Positions 1-9,168 of a stretch of 64,000 bases of DNA are shown here, in pieces. The DNA is taken from positions 1 through 64,000 of the forward strand of contig CAWVRN010000019.1 in the NCBI GenBank assembly GCA_963932905.1. The letters are read 5' to 3'. A model generated the notes under the pieces. That model searched no databases. It saw only the letters and a list, made by a program, of their open reading frames with translations, and was not told the origin of the DNA. This DNA is from an uncultured Bdellovibrio sp. (lineage in GTDB: Bacteria > Bdellovibrionota > Bdellovibrionia > Bdellovibrionales > Bdellovibrionaceae). The stretch's first letter is position 1. Each line of letters opens with the position of its first letter. A program made the position numbers and the translations under genes.

Positions 1-55
1 CTGTCTTTCCAATAGAATTTAGCTTCTTAGCCGCAAGCTAAGGAGCCAGTTCTAA

Positions 56-1030
56 TTAGTTAGACTTTTTTGCTAGAAATTCAGAAATGATTTTTCCAGC
101 CCCTGAAGGAACGCGGATGGTGTGGGATGCTACCTGTCTTGGTATGTAATTCACAAGCAATTCAGAATTTAATTCTTTCAGTGATTTTCGGGTGACTCCC
201 AAAGCATCTGCCAGTGATTCTAAATCCGTTCCACCGGGAACAGATACATAGTCATACTCCAAAGGGTCTCGGCGTTCTAAATAGCGAAAGCCGTAAAGGT
301 TTGGCGATTTCGTAATCAACATCGCTGCTAATATTTTTGGTACATAGTTTTGCGTTTCTTCAGGCAGAGCTTTCTTTCTTACTAGTGTCCAATAGTCATT
401 CGTTTTGTGTTTCTCGATCTGGCGGCGTAAACCGTTTTCACCCATGTTGTAGCTTGCCGCCACAAGGTACCATGAACCGAATTCTTGATGTAAATCTTTG
501 ATGTACTTGATTGCAGCTTTTGTACTTTTTCTAAAATCACGGCGTTCATCTAACCACCAGTGCTTGCGTAATCCATAGCGTGCCGCAGTTCCTTCGATAA
601 ATTGCCACGGACCGACGGCATTGGCAGTACTCGTTGCGGACGTAGAAAACCCCGATTCGATCATAACCATGAATGCCAAGTCTAAAGGTAAATGAGCTTT
701 CGCTAATTCATTTTGAATAAATGGAAGATACTTTGAAGAGCGTTCTAAGTACTCACGGAACCATTTGTTACCTTTGGTTTGAAAGTATTGTACCCATTTA
801 GCGACTTGTTGGTTGTACGTTACTGGCAAATCAAAAACTAAATTGTGAGCTTTTGATTCGTCTTGATTTAGACTTAGTTTTTTTAGTCGTTCTTTCAGAG
901 TTTCTTGAGAACCCGGAATCACAACCTCATTTGTAGGAACGGCGGCCCATGTGCTGATCGCGAAAAGCATGACAATCAATATCTTCATCATTTTTATGTT
1001 AATGGAGTTTTGGCTAAAAGCTAGAGTCAT
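56..1030 (-). CDS. Lytic transglycosylase (SLT domain, MltD-like) with a C-terminal LysM-like region
   Basis: MIESGF catalytic Glu motif, AVGPWQF, ASYNMGE, ETQNYVPK; C-terminal LESLADALGVTRKSLKELN is LysM-like; signal peptide. Confidence 0.88.
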   Translation of the reverse strand: MTLAFSQNSINIKMMKILIVMLFAISTWAAVPTNEVVIPGSQETLKERLKKLSLNQDESKAHNLVFDLPVTYNQQVAKWVQYFQTKGNKWFREYLERSSKYLPFIQNELAKAHLPLDLAFMVMIESGFSTSATSTANAVGPWQFIEGTAARYGLRKHWWLDERRDFRKSTKAAIKYIKDLHQEFGSWYLVAASYNMGENGLRRQIEKHKTNDYWTLVRKKALPEETQNYVPKILAAMLITKSPNLYGFRYLERRDPLEYDYVSVPGGTDLESLADALGVTRKSLKELNSELLVNYIPRQVASHTIRVPSGAGKIISEFLAKKSN

Positions 1031-1155
1031 TCGTTTGGCGGTCTAGATCAAAATCGTCAAAATAATTGTAATAACCAGAATAAGTATCGCCGTTGTCATA
1101 GTTTTAATGCGTCTTTAACCCAGCTTGGATTCTGTCACTAAGACGATGGTCCATG

Positions 1156-1171
1156 TGGCCCTGTGATTGCT
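1156..1171 (+). promoter_or_regulatory. sigma54 (-24/-12) promoter of the flgF operon
   Basis: TGGCCCTGTGATTGCT = GG-N10-GC, 28 nt before the flgF start. Confidence 0.7.
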
Positions 1172-1198
1172 ATTTTTATTTTATAGCAAGGAGTGTGA

Positions 1199-2014
1199 AT
1201 GAGCGTAAAAGGTATATACACGGCCCTTAGTGGGGCAATGGCGCAAAGTCTTCAAATGGATACGATTGCCAATAATATTGCGAACGTCAACACTCCAGGT
1301 TTTAAGCGGGATACTCAGGTATTTAATGAATACCTGACGGCCAATGAGAAGGAACAAACAGGAATGCCGGTCCCTAGAATTCCGGCAAGCATCGAAAGCT
1401 TTTATGACATGCAAGGCGGTGACAAAAGTTTTGTCGATGCCAAAGGTACTTTTACAGATCATTCACAAGGAACTTTAAAACATACGGGTAACCCACTAGA
1501 TATCGCCATTGATGGCGAAGGCTTTTTTGAAATAGCGACGCCGGACGGTGTGAAACTAACCCGAGCGGGTAATTTCACAATGGATGGTAATGGCAAACTG
1601 GTTACAAAAGAGGGCCATTTTGTTTTAGCGGCGGGCGGCGACGGTGCCAACCCGGAATCACGTTCAATTACTTTAAATGGTTCTGAATCATTAACAGTCA
1701 ATGATCAAGGCGACATTTTCAATGGGACTCAATTGATTGCTAAAATTTCCGTAGTGAATGTAGCTGACAAAGATGGTCTAGAGAAAATTGGAAACTCACT
1801 TTACGGTTTCAAAAAAGGTCATAATCCCGAAATTATTGGACGCCAAAATGTTTCTGTAAAATCTGGTTTTGTAGAGGGCAGTAACGTAAATGTTGTTCAA
1901 GAGATGACGGACATGATTAAAACTCAACGTATTTTTGAAAGTACTCAAAAAGCTATCAGTGCTTATGATTCTATGAACGACAAGTTAGTCAACATTGTTG
2001 GTAAGACAAGCTAA
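1199..2014 (+). CDS. flgF: Flagellar basal-body rod protein FlgF
   Basis: ANNIANVNTPGFK N-terminus, TGNPLDIAIDGEGFF, GSNVNVVQEM; AGGAG RBS; precedes flgG. Confidence 0.88.
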   Translation: MSVKGIYTALSGAMAQSLQMDTIANNIANVNTPGFKRDTQVFNEYLTANEKEQTGMPVPRIPASIESFYDMQGGDKSFVDAKGTFTDHSQGTLKHTGNPLDIAIDGEGFFEIATPDGVKLTRAGNFTMDGNGKLVTKEGHFVLAAGGDGANPESRSITLNGSESLTVNDQGDIFNGTQLIAKISVVNVADKDGLEKIGNSLYGFKKGHNPEIIGRQNVSVKSGFVEGSNVNVVQEMTDMIKTQRIFESTQKAISAYDSMNDKLVNIVGKTS

Positions 2015-2027
2015 GGGGAATGATTAA

Positions 2028-2813
2028 ATGCTAAAAAGTCTAAATACAGCTGCAACCGGGATGGCCGCACAACAAACTAATATGGATGTGATCGCCAATA
2101 ATATCGCCAACGTTTCAACCAACGGTTTCAAAAAATCACGAGCAGAGTTCGAAGATTTAATGTATCACACTCAAAAAGAGCCAGGGACATCAACGGGAAT
2201 GAATTCTTATTCGCCGAATGGTGTGCAAACAGGTTTGGGCGTAAAAACAGCCGCGATACAAAAAAACTTCGACAATGGAAACGCTGTTATCACTAAGAAT
2301 CCATTAGACATACAAATCGAAGGAAGTGGATTTTTCCAAGTGCTGACACCGGATGGCCAAGTGGGTTATACCCGTGATGGTGCATTCAAAAAAGATGCGG
2401 AAGGTAAAATCGTAGATAAAAATGGAAACTTACTGCAGCCAGAAATTACCGTGCCTCCGAATATTCAAGGGATTGAAATTAGTGCTAGTGGCGAGGTGAA
2501 AGTTATCACTGGTCTTGGTGATGCGCCTCAGACAATCGGACAAATAGATATCGTCACTTTTGTTAACCCAGCTGGTTTGAAATCGGTAGGTAAAAACTTG
2601 TTCACTCAAACTCCGTCAAGTGGTCAAGCTATTACAAATCGTCCTGGGCTGAATGGATCAGGCTATCTATCGCAAGGGCAATTAGAAACAAGTAATGTAA
2701 ATATCGTAGATGAAATGGTGGGGATGATTACGGCGCAGCGTGCGTACGAGACTAATTCGAAAGTCATCCAAGCCAGCGATCAAATGCTACAATCAACAAA
2801 CAACTTAAGATAA
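2028..2813 (+). CDS. flgG: Flagellar basal-body distal rod protein FlgG
   Basis: ANNIANVSTNGFKKSRAEFEDLMY, LETSNVNIVDEMV, QRAYETNSKVI. Confidence 0.95.
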   Translation: MLKSLNTAATGMAAQQTNMDVIANNIANVSTNGFKKSRAEFEDLMYHTQKEPGTSTGMNSYSPNGVQTGLGVKTAAIQKNFDNGNAVITKNPLDIQIEGSGFFQVLTPDGQVGYTRDGAFKKDAEGKIVDKNGNLLQPEITVPPNIQGIEISASGEVKVITGLGDAPQTIGQIDIVTFVNPAGLKSVGKNLFTQTPSSGQAITNRPGLNGSGYLSQGQLETSNVNIVDEMVGMITAQRAYETNSKVIQASDQMLQSTNNLR

Positions 2814-3682
2814 TGATTAGAATTTTATTTTTAATATTAGCAATGCCGTTTTTGCTGCAAGCTGAGACTGAAGTCAGCTTGCTGGCTGACGTTGAGGTGT
2901 CAACCAAGTCTGAATACAGTCTGTACGATCTTGTTACCTTTAAACAAGGAACTTCAGAAGACTTAGATGGGCTAAAGAAAATTATCGTTCCGTTTCTGAA
3001 TAAGAAAGCCATTCTTGCGGCCATTAAAGAAAGCGGTCTTAAAGCGAAAGTTATTTTTGAAAACACATTCAAAGTCACAACAACGAATCAGATTAATCGC
3101 AATGAACTGCAAAGAAAGATTACGAATCATCTGACGGCTCAGTGTAACGAATGTATTTTTGAGATTCAGATCTACAAGTTACCTTTCGTAAACGAGCCAA
3201 ATATGAATTTCCGCGATTCTGATTTTGAAGTTTCACGTGGCAGTTTCATGCTTCCTTTGTGGGGGCAAACTAAAGTTAATAAATCCTACGCCACTGGTTC
3301 GTGGAGAACGTTCAAAAAAGTGGCGTTAACAAATAAATGGATGGCTCAAGGACAGCGACTGACCAAAGAAGATTTAAAAGAGGAACTCAAAGAAGTTACA
3401 TTTTTAAATAACAAATTGATTGAAATTAAAGATTTAGTGGGCAAGCAACTGATGCGTGCGACCCCAGCTAACACGATTGTGACTCGCGATATCTTGGTAG
3501 TGGAAAAAATGGTTAAGAAGGGCGACACAGTTAGGTTGATGGTATCTGACGGTCCGTTTGAAATTGAAATTAAAGCGCAAGCAGAGAGTGACGGACAAGA
3601 AGGTGATTCAATTAAAGTGAAAGCGAATCAGAAATCCATTATGGCCAAAGTAGTTAGCAAAGATAAGGTGGTTTCAGAATGA
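2813..3682 (+). CDS. flgA: P-ring formation chaperone FlgA
   Basis: Signal peptide; C-terminal SAF/FlgA segment VKKGDTV...AESDGQEGDSIKV; located between flgG and flgH. Confidence 0.85.
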   Translation: MIRILFLILAMPFLLQAETEVSLLADVEVSTKSEYSLYDLVTFKQGTSEDLDGLKKIIVPFLNKKAILAAIKESGLKAKVIFENTFKVTTTNQINRNELQRKITNHLTAQCNECIFEIQIYKLPFVNEPNMNFRDSDFEVSRGSFMLPLWGQTKVNKSYATGSWRTFKKVALTNKWMAQGQRLTKEDLKEELKEVTFLNNKLIEIKDLVGKQLMRATPANTIVTRDILVVEKMVKKGDTVRLMVSDGPFEIEIKAQAESDGQEGDSIKVKANQKSIMAKVVSKDKVVSE

Positions 3683-4413
3683 AGTATTTATATCTAATCC
3701 TGTTGATGATTGTAACGTCGTCATGCGCTTCGTTTATGTCGCAGCAGCCGGAAATTGTAGAGGATGAATTTACTAGTTCATTAACGAAGTATAACGATAA
3801 CCCGAATCACGGTGTTTGGGGCAATCGCCAGTACAAAAAAACGACGAAATCACAATTGGAAGAAGATTCGGATTTGGATAGTAAAGCCGGTTCACTGTGG
3901 GTGATGGACGGGCAACAGTCCTACTACTTTTCACAGAACAAAATTCGCAAAGAAGGCGATTTCTTAAACGTAAAACTGGAAGGCGCTGCTTTCAAGCAAG
4001 TTGAAACAAAAGTTGGCGTGATTAAAACTCTACTGCAGGAATTGGAAGAGCAAGAAAAAGAATCGTCTGGCTTAGTTAGTAAACTAGCGGAGGCAAAACC
4101 AGCCGAAGCGGCAGCTAAAGATACGCGAGCGCCGGCAGCCGTTGATGCCAAGAAAGCGCCCGGTAAAGAGGAAGAAAAGGGCGAATTGGCTGATGTTGGT
4201 CCAATTCAAACTCGCATCATCGAAAGATTGGCTGATGGTAACTATCGCATCAAAGGACAACAGCCATTTATGATCGGCAAACGTGATTACAAAGTACTGG
4301 TTGTGGGTATCGTTCGACCTGAGGACTATAATGATGAAGGTATTTCGTCTTCGAAGTTAATTGATCCCCAGTTTGACGTCGTATCGATTCGTAAAAAAGA
4401 GGCGCACCAATGA
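3679..4413 (+). CDS. flgH: Flagellar L-ring lipoprotein FlgH
   Basis: Lipobox TSSC, GSLW, GD-x-L-x-V, LADGNYRIKG, GIVRPED. Confidence 0.85.
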   Translation: MKYLYLILLMIVTSSCASFMSQQPEIVEDEFTSSLTKYNDNPNHGVWGNRQYKKTTKSQLEEDSDLDSKAGSLWVMDGQQSYYFSQNKIRKEGDFLNVKLEGAAFKQVETKVGVIKTLLQELEEQEKESSGLVSKLAEAKPAEAAAKDTRAPAAVDAKKAPGKEEEKGELADVGPIQTRIIERLADGNYRIKGQQPFMIGKRDYKVLVVGIVRPEDYNDEGISSSKLIDPQFDVVSIRKKEAHQ

Positions 4414-5402
4414 GAATACTAAAATTTTTAATTCCAATTCTAGTGCTATTGCCTTTGGCCGAAGCGGCACGATTGAAAGATATCGCCAGCATTCGTGGTG
4501 TCCGTGAAAATCATTTGATTGGATACGGTATTGTGGTCGGTCTTAAAGGCACGGGCGACGGCAAGAATGAATTCACCTCGAAAAGTATGGTGCGTTTATT
4601 GGATAAATTAGGTGTGAAGTTAGATGCGACGGAAGTACAAAGTAAAAATGTGGCCGCAGTAATTGTGACGGCTAACTTGCCTGCATTTGCAAAAGCGGGG
4701 AATCCTATGGATATCACGGTCAGTGCGATCGGTGAGGCAAGTTCACTACAAGGCGGTACACTGTTGCAAACGCCCATGCGCGCAGGTAACGAGCAAGTAT
4801 TTGCAGTAGCGCAAGGTACCGTCGTTATCAGTGGCGATGGCAAAGAAATGCATACAACGTCGGGACGTATTCCTAACGGTGCTATCATTGAAAAAGACGT
4901 TCAAAGCGATTTTTCATCTAGAAAAATGTTTCGCTTAACTTTGCATAACCCAGATTTTACAACAGCAGCGCGATCAGTACTGACTATCAATCGTGAACTA
5001 GGTGGCCAGTATGCATCGGCGAAAGATGCGGGAACGATCGATATCGTGACTCCTTTTAGCTACGAAAATAAAGGCGTTGAACTGCTAGCCACGATCGAAA
5101 GTATCCAAATTAATCCGGATACGCGTGCCGTCGTGATCATCAATGAAAAATCGGGAACGGTTGTAATCGGTGACAAAGTTAAGATTTCAAAAGTAGCGGT
5201 ATCACATAACGGAATTTCCGTTAAAGTCGGCGATGGTAAGAAAGGCGCGGTGGAAGAGAAAATTGCTCTTATCGAAGGAGCCAGCGTCGGTGATTTAGTT
5301 CAGAATTTGAATAAAGTAGGAATTACACCTAAAGATTTGATCACGTTACTACAAGCGATCAAGGCCGCGGGTGCATTGCACGGGGAGCTGGAAATCCTGT
5401 AG
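4410..5402 (+). CDS. flgI: Flagellar P-ring protein FlgI
   Basis: RLKDIASIRGVRENHLIGYGIVVGLKGTGD, KNVAAVIVTA, SLQGGTLLQTP, LQAIKAAGAL. Confidence 0.96.
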   Translation: MRILKFLIPILVLLPLAEAARLKDIASIRGVRENHLIGYGIVVGLKGTGDGKNEFTSKSMVRLLDKLGVKLDATEVQSKNVAAVIVTANLPAFAKAGNPMDITVSAIGEASSLQGGTLLQTPMRAGNEQVFAVAQGTVVISGDGKEMHTTSGRIPNGAIIEKDVQSDFSSRKMFRLTLHNPDFTTAARSVLTINRELGGQYASAKDAGTIDIVTPFSYENKGVELLATIESIQINPDTRAVVIINEKSGTVVIGDKVKISKVAVSHNGISVKVGDGKKGAVEEKIALIEGASVGDLVQNLNKVGITPKDLITLLQAIKAAGALHGELEIL

Positions 5403-5463
5403 GGATTTTCATGAGCCTGGACTTGGTCCTGATCTAGTCGAGTATGGCGAAAGTTGAAATCAA

Positions 5464-5498
5464 GACTAGCCGTCCGCGACTAGCCGTCCGCGACTAGC
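5464..5498 (+). repeat. Tandem repeat, 14-nt unit GACTAGCCGTCCGC x2.5
   Basis: Exact copies at 5464-5477 and 5478-5491, partial copy at 5492-5498. Confidence 0.9.
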
Positions 5499-5571
5499 GA
5501 AAAAACCAGGAGTTTGGAAAAAGTAAAAAATTTGTTTCAGAATGAGGCAAATTTGATAAAATAAAAATATA

Positions 5572-5768
5572 ACTCTAAGAACATGGATGTTTTTAGAGTG
5601 CCGGGGAGGGTGAGAAAGAGATCGATAGCCATGGATGGTCAAGAGTCGCAAAAAAGTTTTCTCGCAGGAAACAAAGAAATAAAAGCAACATCAAGGATTG
5701 ATGCTGATTGAATTCTAAAAAAGAGTCTTTAGTGCAGGATGCACAAGATTCTCCGACTCAAACTCCCC
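5572..5768 (+). ncRNA. Putative structured RNA (sRNA or flgJ leader) with several CsrA-type GGA hairpin loops
   Basis: Hairpins ACA-TGGA-TGT (5572-5599), GCCA-TGGA-TGGT (5628-5639), CATCAA-GGA-TTGATG (5689-5703), GTGCA-GGA-TGCAC (5732-5744); long-range pairs GGGGAG/CTCCCC and GAGTCG/CGACTC. Confidence 0.5.
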
Positions 5769-5789
5769 TCTTTCTTCTTTTTAAAAATT

Positions 5790-6458
5790 ATGATCAAAGT
5801 GCAAAAGGGACTTCCATTAAATGAGCCCGCGACAACCGAAAAGGTAAAAACCCAGTTTCGGGAAGTGTCGGATATGTACGAAAAGCATTTCCTTCGTGAA
5901 TTAATGAAATCAATGCGATCTAGCGTTCCAGAAAGTGGACTTGTCAAAGTCAACGGTGCTGAAAAGATCTTTCGCGAACAATTAGATAATGAATATGTAG
6001 AAAAGTGGGGCGAGAAAGGCGGCATCGGCATTTCCGACATGATATACAAAGACCTTGTCGACAAGTTTGGCGAACGCTACGGGCTTAAAGAACATCAAGA
6101 TAGACCGACAGGGCCCTTGAACCTGGGCGAGAAAGATACGCTGAACGTGAAGCGAAATTTCGATAAATCAAATCAGAAGTTGGAATTCCAATTCGACAGC
6201 CTTAAGAAAGATCAAGCCGGCCCGGTTGAAGCCGTTAGTCCTTGGTCGGGCGTATTAAGCAAGAAAGTGCAGCTAAGCGCGGATGAATATTTCTTAGAAG
6301 TGAATCACGACAATGGATTAACAAGCCAAATGAAGTTCAAAGGCTTAGCCCAACCGTTGAAAGTGAATGATCGCTTGGAAACTGGTGATAAGATAGGCAT
6401 CTTGAGTCAAGACACTAACGAGTTCTTTTGGAATCTGAAAAACCAAGCCGTTAAATAA
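5790..6458 (+). CDS. flgJ: FlgJ-like rod-binding protein with a degenerate M23-like C-terminal domain
   Basis: YEKHFLRELMKSMRSSV...FREQLD...GGIGISDMIY rod-binding motif; start moved from 5739 to ATG 5790 because the extension overlaps the hairpin region. Confidence 0.8.
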   Translation: MIKVQKGLPLNEPATTEKVKTQFREVSDMYEKHFLRELMKSMRSSVPESGLVKVNGAEKIFREQLDNEYVEKWGEKGGIGISDMIYKDLVDKFGERYGLKEHQDRPTGPLNLGEKDTLNVKRNFDKSNQKLEFQFDSLKKDQAGPVEAVSPWSGVLSKKVQLSADEYFLEVNHDNGLTSQMKFKGLAQPLKVNDRLETGDKIGILSQDTNEFFWNLKNQAVK

Positions 6459-6497
6459 GTAAGTTGATCTTAAATCCCTGCCAATTTAACATGAGTT

Positions 6498-7781
6498 ATG
6501 CCAACGGCGACGGCCTGTTCAAAATCAATTTTTTTTTTCTTTATCTGGGTTTTGGCTTTCAGTTTCGATTGTTTTGCTGAATTACCGGCACCTCGATTTG
6601 AAGCGTATCGAGTGTTGGGAAATCAAAAGAAAAAAGTAGAAGCGTTTTCCGGAGCCGCCAAGTGGAGCTGGCAAAATGTGGGTGTCGGTGCACAGGCTTT
6701 AAAAGCTCGCGCTGTATTCACTATACCTGAAGCATTAAGCAATGCTACGATCGAAGTTGCCAACCCATCGGCATCCATAAAAACAAAAGACAAAAAACTT
6801 CAAATAACTACCAGCGATTTGGTTACAAAAGTTAATTTCAACAGAAGTGCTACTGATATTATTCAGATTGAATTTCACATGATTGTACCTAAAGGTGGCG
6901 TTTTTGATGAAGGTTGTGAGGCATTAGGAATTCAACTTCAATTCAGCGAAAGTGAATTGCCATTTTACCTTGGGGCTCGCTGTCAGAAAACTGCAAATGC
7001 ATTTCAATTACAAATTAGTTTTCCGTCGGAAGCCGATGTTGATAAATCATCTATCTTTGATAGCCAGGGTAAAGGCGAAAGCTGGAGAGTTTACGAACTA
7101 GGTAATTTGGATGCGGCACAAGGTGAGCTAGCTAAAATCACATTAAAATTCAAAGATAAAAATTATGATTTAGGTGTCAGTTCTAATAAGAAATCAGAAG
7201 TCAAAAAGGGCGCTGCTGAAGCGAAATTTGCTGTGGGTGTTGGCTATGATTCACTAAAGTTTAAAAGTCCTGTGACTAGTGCCGCTGATTCAAAGCCTGT
7301 ATTTTTCTTGAAAGGCTTGCCGTATAAATTATTTTGGAGAATTGGTTTAGGTATAGACTTGGCAACGGCGGTTGGGTTAAGTCAGAACGAGAATTCGATT
7401 TCCTATCTGCAAATTGTTCCTTATGGTTATTTAAGATTGATTGAATCAAAATCTATGATTCTTGAAGGTCGTGGGTACTTTTCTATTTCATCGCAAACTC
7501 ATTCGGCGTCTGGTGGTGGTTATCAATACAATCGAGCCGGTGTGGGATTTCTATCAGGGTTTCGTTTGTCACCAAATTGGAAGATGATGATAGAGGCACG
7601 CACAGATTCGTTGGGATCCACAAAATTTAAAAGTCACTTTTTCGCAGATCTGCATATTTTGCGAACAAATCGTCTTTCTTGGGGATTCGGAGTTCAATCA
7701 CAAAATTTAACAGTGAATGAAACGACAACGGAACAACATCAATTTAGTCATACGCTATTTTATGGGTTGGTGGTTTATTGA
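6498..7781 (+). CDS. Hypothetical secreted protein with a probable C-terminal outer-membrane beta-barrel (paralog of next gene)
   Basis: Signal peptide; alternating amphipathic strands in the C-terminal half; terminal Tyr; shared GKGES[WY]RVYEL block. Confidence 0.7.
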   Translation: MPTATACSKSIFFFFIWVLAFSFDCFAELPAPRFEAYRVLGNQKKKVEAFSGAAKWSWQNVGVGAQALKARAVFTIPEALSNATIEVANPSASIKTKDKKLQITTSDLVTKVNFNRSATDIIQIEFHMIVPKGGVFDEGCEALGIQLQFSESELPFYLGARCQKTANAFQLQISFPSEADVDKSSIFDSQGKGESWRVYELGNLDAAQGELAKITLKFKDKNYDLGVSSNKKSEVKKGAAEAKFAVGVGYDSLKFKSPVTSAADSKPVFFLKGLPYKLFWRIGLGIDLATAVGLSQNENSISYLQIVPYGYLRLIESKSMILEGRGYFSISSQTHSASGGGYQYNRAGVGFLSGFRLSPNWKMMIEARTDSLGSTKFKSHFFADLHILRTNRLSWGFGVQSQNLTVNETTTEQHQFSHTLFYGLVVY

Positions 7782-9049
7782 TGCTGACTAGGTTCCTTTT
7801 TTCTTTTTTACTTTTTAGTACACTTTTATTCGCCCAGGTGAATACGGCGTCCTTTCGGATCAGTGAAAAGCGAGCCGAAAGTTGGACACCGATAAGTATG
7901 CGTTCTAAAGCTGTCTATCGCTGGGTAACAAATAAAGAAGGTGCTCGTGAAATACGTTGGAGTGTAATCGTAGAAACTCCGTGGGCTTTGGACGCCAGTG
8001 CCATTTCGACGACGACGGCGAACGCCACTGTTCGCGCCAAAGGAAATCGTTTTCTATTGGAAACTAGCTCAATGGAAACTATCGTAAGTTTGCCGGAAGG
8101 GCGTCAGTTGAAGTTGCTATGGCGATCTCAATCACCGATGCTGATAGATGAAAATTGCCAAAAAAGTTCTTTAGCATTTCTACCAGAGGCCACCGAAAAA
8201 ATGGCAGCAAAAACACCATTCTATATAGGTGTGAGCTGTGTTCAAAAGAATGAACAAGTAACTTTGCATTTAAGTTTTCCTTACGATGTGGAATTAGCTC
8301 GCGCTTCGCTTTTTGAGAGTATCGGCAAGGGCGAAAGCTATCGTGTCTACGAGCTGAAGAAAATTACAGCAGCAAAAGCCGCGTTGGGACAGTTTGTTTT
8401 TTCTTACAAAGATAGAAATTTTAACTACAGTTTGTTTTCTCAACGTGGCGAAACTAATGACAATAAGATTCCTAAATCTAGATTTACTTTTGCAGCTGGT
8501 GGCGGCAGTATGAGCCTAAAAACAACGACAGCTACCTACAAAGATACAAAGCCATTTGCCGTATTGGCTTTACGTCCGCAGACCGTTCTTAGCCAGTTTG
8601 CATTGGGAATAAATTTCGAAAGTTCAATTGGCAGTGCCGATTCATCCAATGTTAATAGTTTGTCTTACTTTCAAGTAAGCAGTTATGTCACTTATCGCTG
8701 GAATGCCCTTTCTTTTTGGGAAATTCAGCCAAGATTTTATTATGTGGTTTCTAATCAAAGTTCTGGTTCAGGAATTGGTTATCAAACAGGTCAATTTGGT
8801 GCGGGACTTTTGAACGCGTGGAAATTGACTGATCGTTTGTCATTTATTGTCGAAGCGATGACAGAAGCCATCAGTTCGCCGGTGATAACTGAGCATAGCT
8901 TTATAGAGATAAGTCTGTTCTATCGCGACGAAGGTTTGGAGTCAGGCTGGACTTTTGCGAATCAAATACAAAGCTATACGGTTAGTGATTCATTAAAGAA
9001 CGTTCGGAAGTTCGATCAGTCTTTTGTCGTTTTGAAACGGTCCTTTTAA
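7778..9049 (+). CDS. Hypothetical secreted protein with a probable C-terminal outer-membrane beta-barrel (paralog of previous gene)
   Basis: Signal peptide; terminal Phe; FESIGKGESYRVYEL; 4-nt overlap with the previous gene. Confidence 0.7.
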   Translation: MMLTRFLFSFLLFSTLLFAQVNTASFRISEKRAESWTPISMRSKAVYRWVTNKEGAREIRWSVIVETPWALDASAISTTTANATVRAKGNRFLLETSSMETIVSLPEGRQLKLLWRSQSPMLIDENCQKSSLAFLPEATEKMAAKTPFYIGVSCVQKNEQVTLHLSFPYDVELARASLFESIGKGESYRVYELKKITAAKAALGQFVFSYKDRNFNYSLFSQRGETNDNKIPKSRFTFAAGGGSMSLKTTTATYKDTKPFAVLALRPQTVLSQFALGINFESSIGSADSSNVNSLSYFQVSSYVTYRWNALSFWEIQPRFYYVVSNQSSGSGIGYQTGQFGAGLLNAWKLTDRLSFIVEAMTEAISSPVITEHSFIEISLFYRDEGLESGWTFANQIQSYTVSDSLKNVRKFDQSFVVLKRSF

Positions 9050-9168
9050 GCATAAAAGAATTGTCTCAATTTAGGTCGTGCCAATGGTTTTATTTTTTAT
9101 ATCAGATACCGATATAATACATACTTTATAACTAAATAGGAACTTGCGCCTAGTTTAGATAGAATGGT

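Noticed and set aside
5464..5498. CRISPR array
   Set aside because: Only 2.5 directly adjacent 14-nt units, no spacers and no cas genes.
5739..5789. N-terminal extension of FlgJ
   Set aside because: ATG 5739 sits in a GGA hairpin and the extension is low-complexity; ATG 5790 fits better, though this is not certain.
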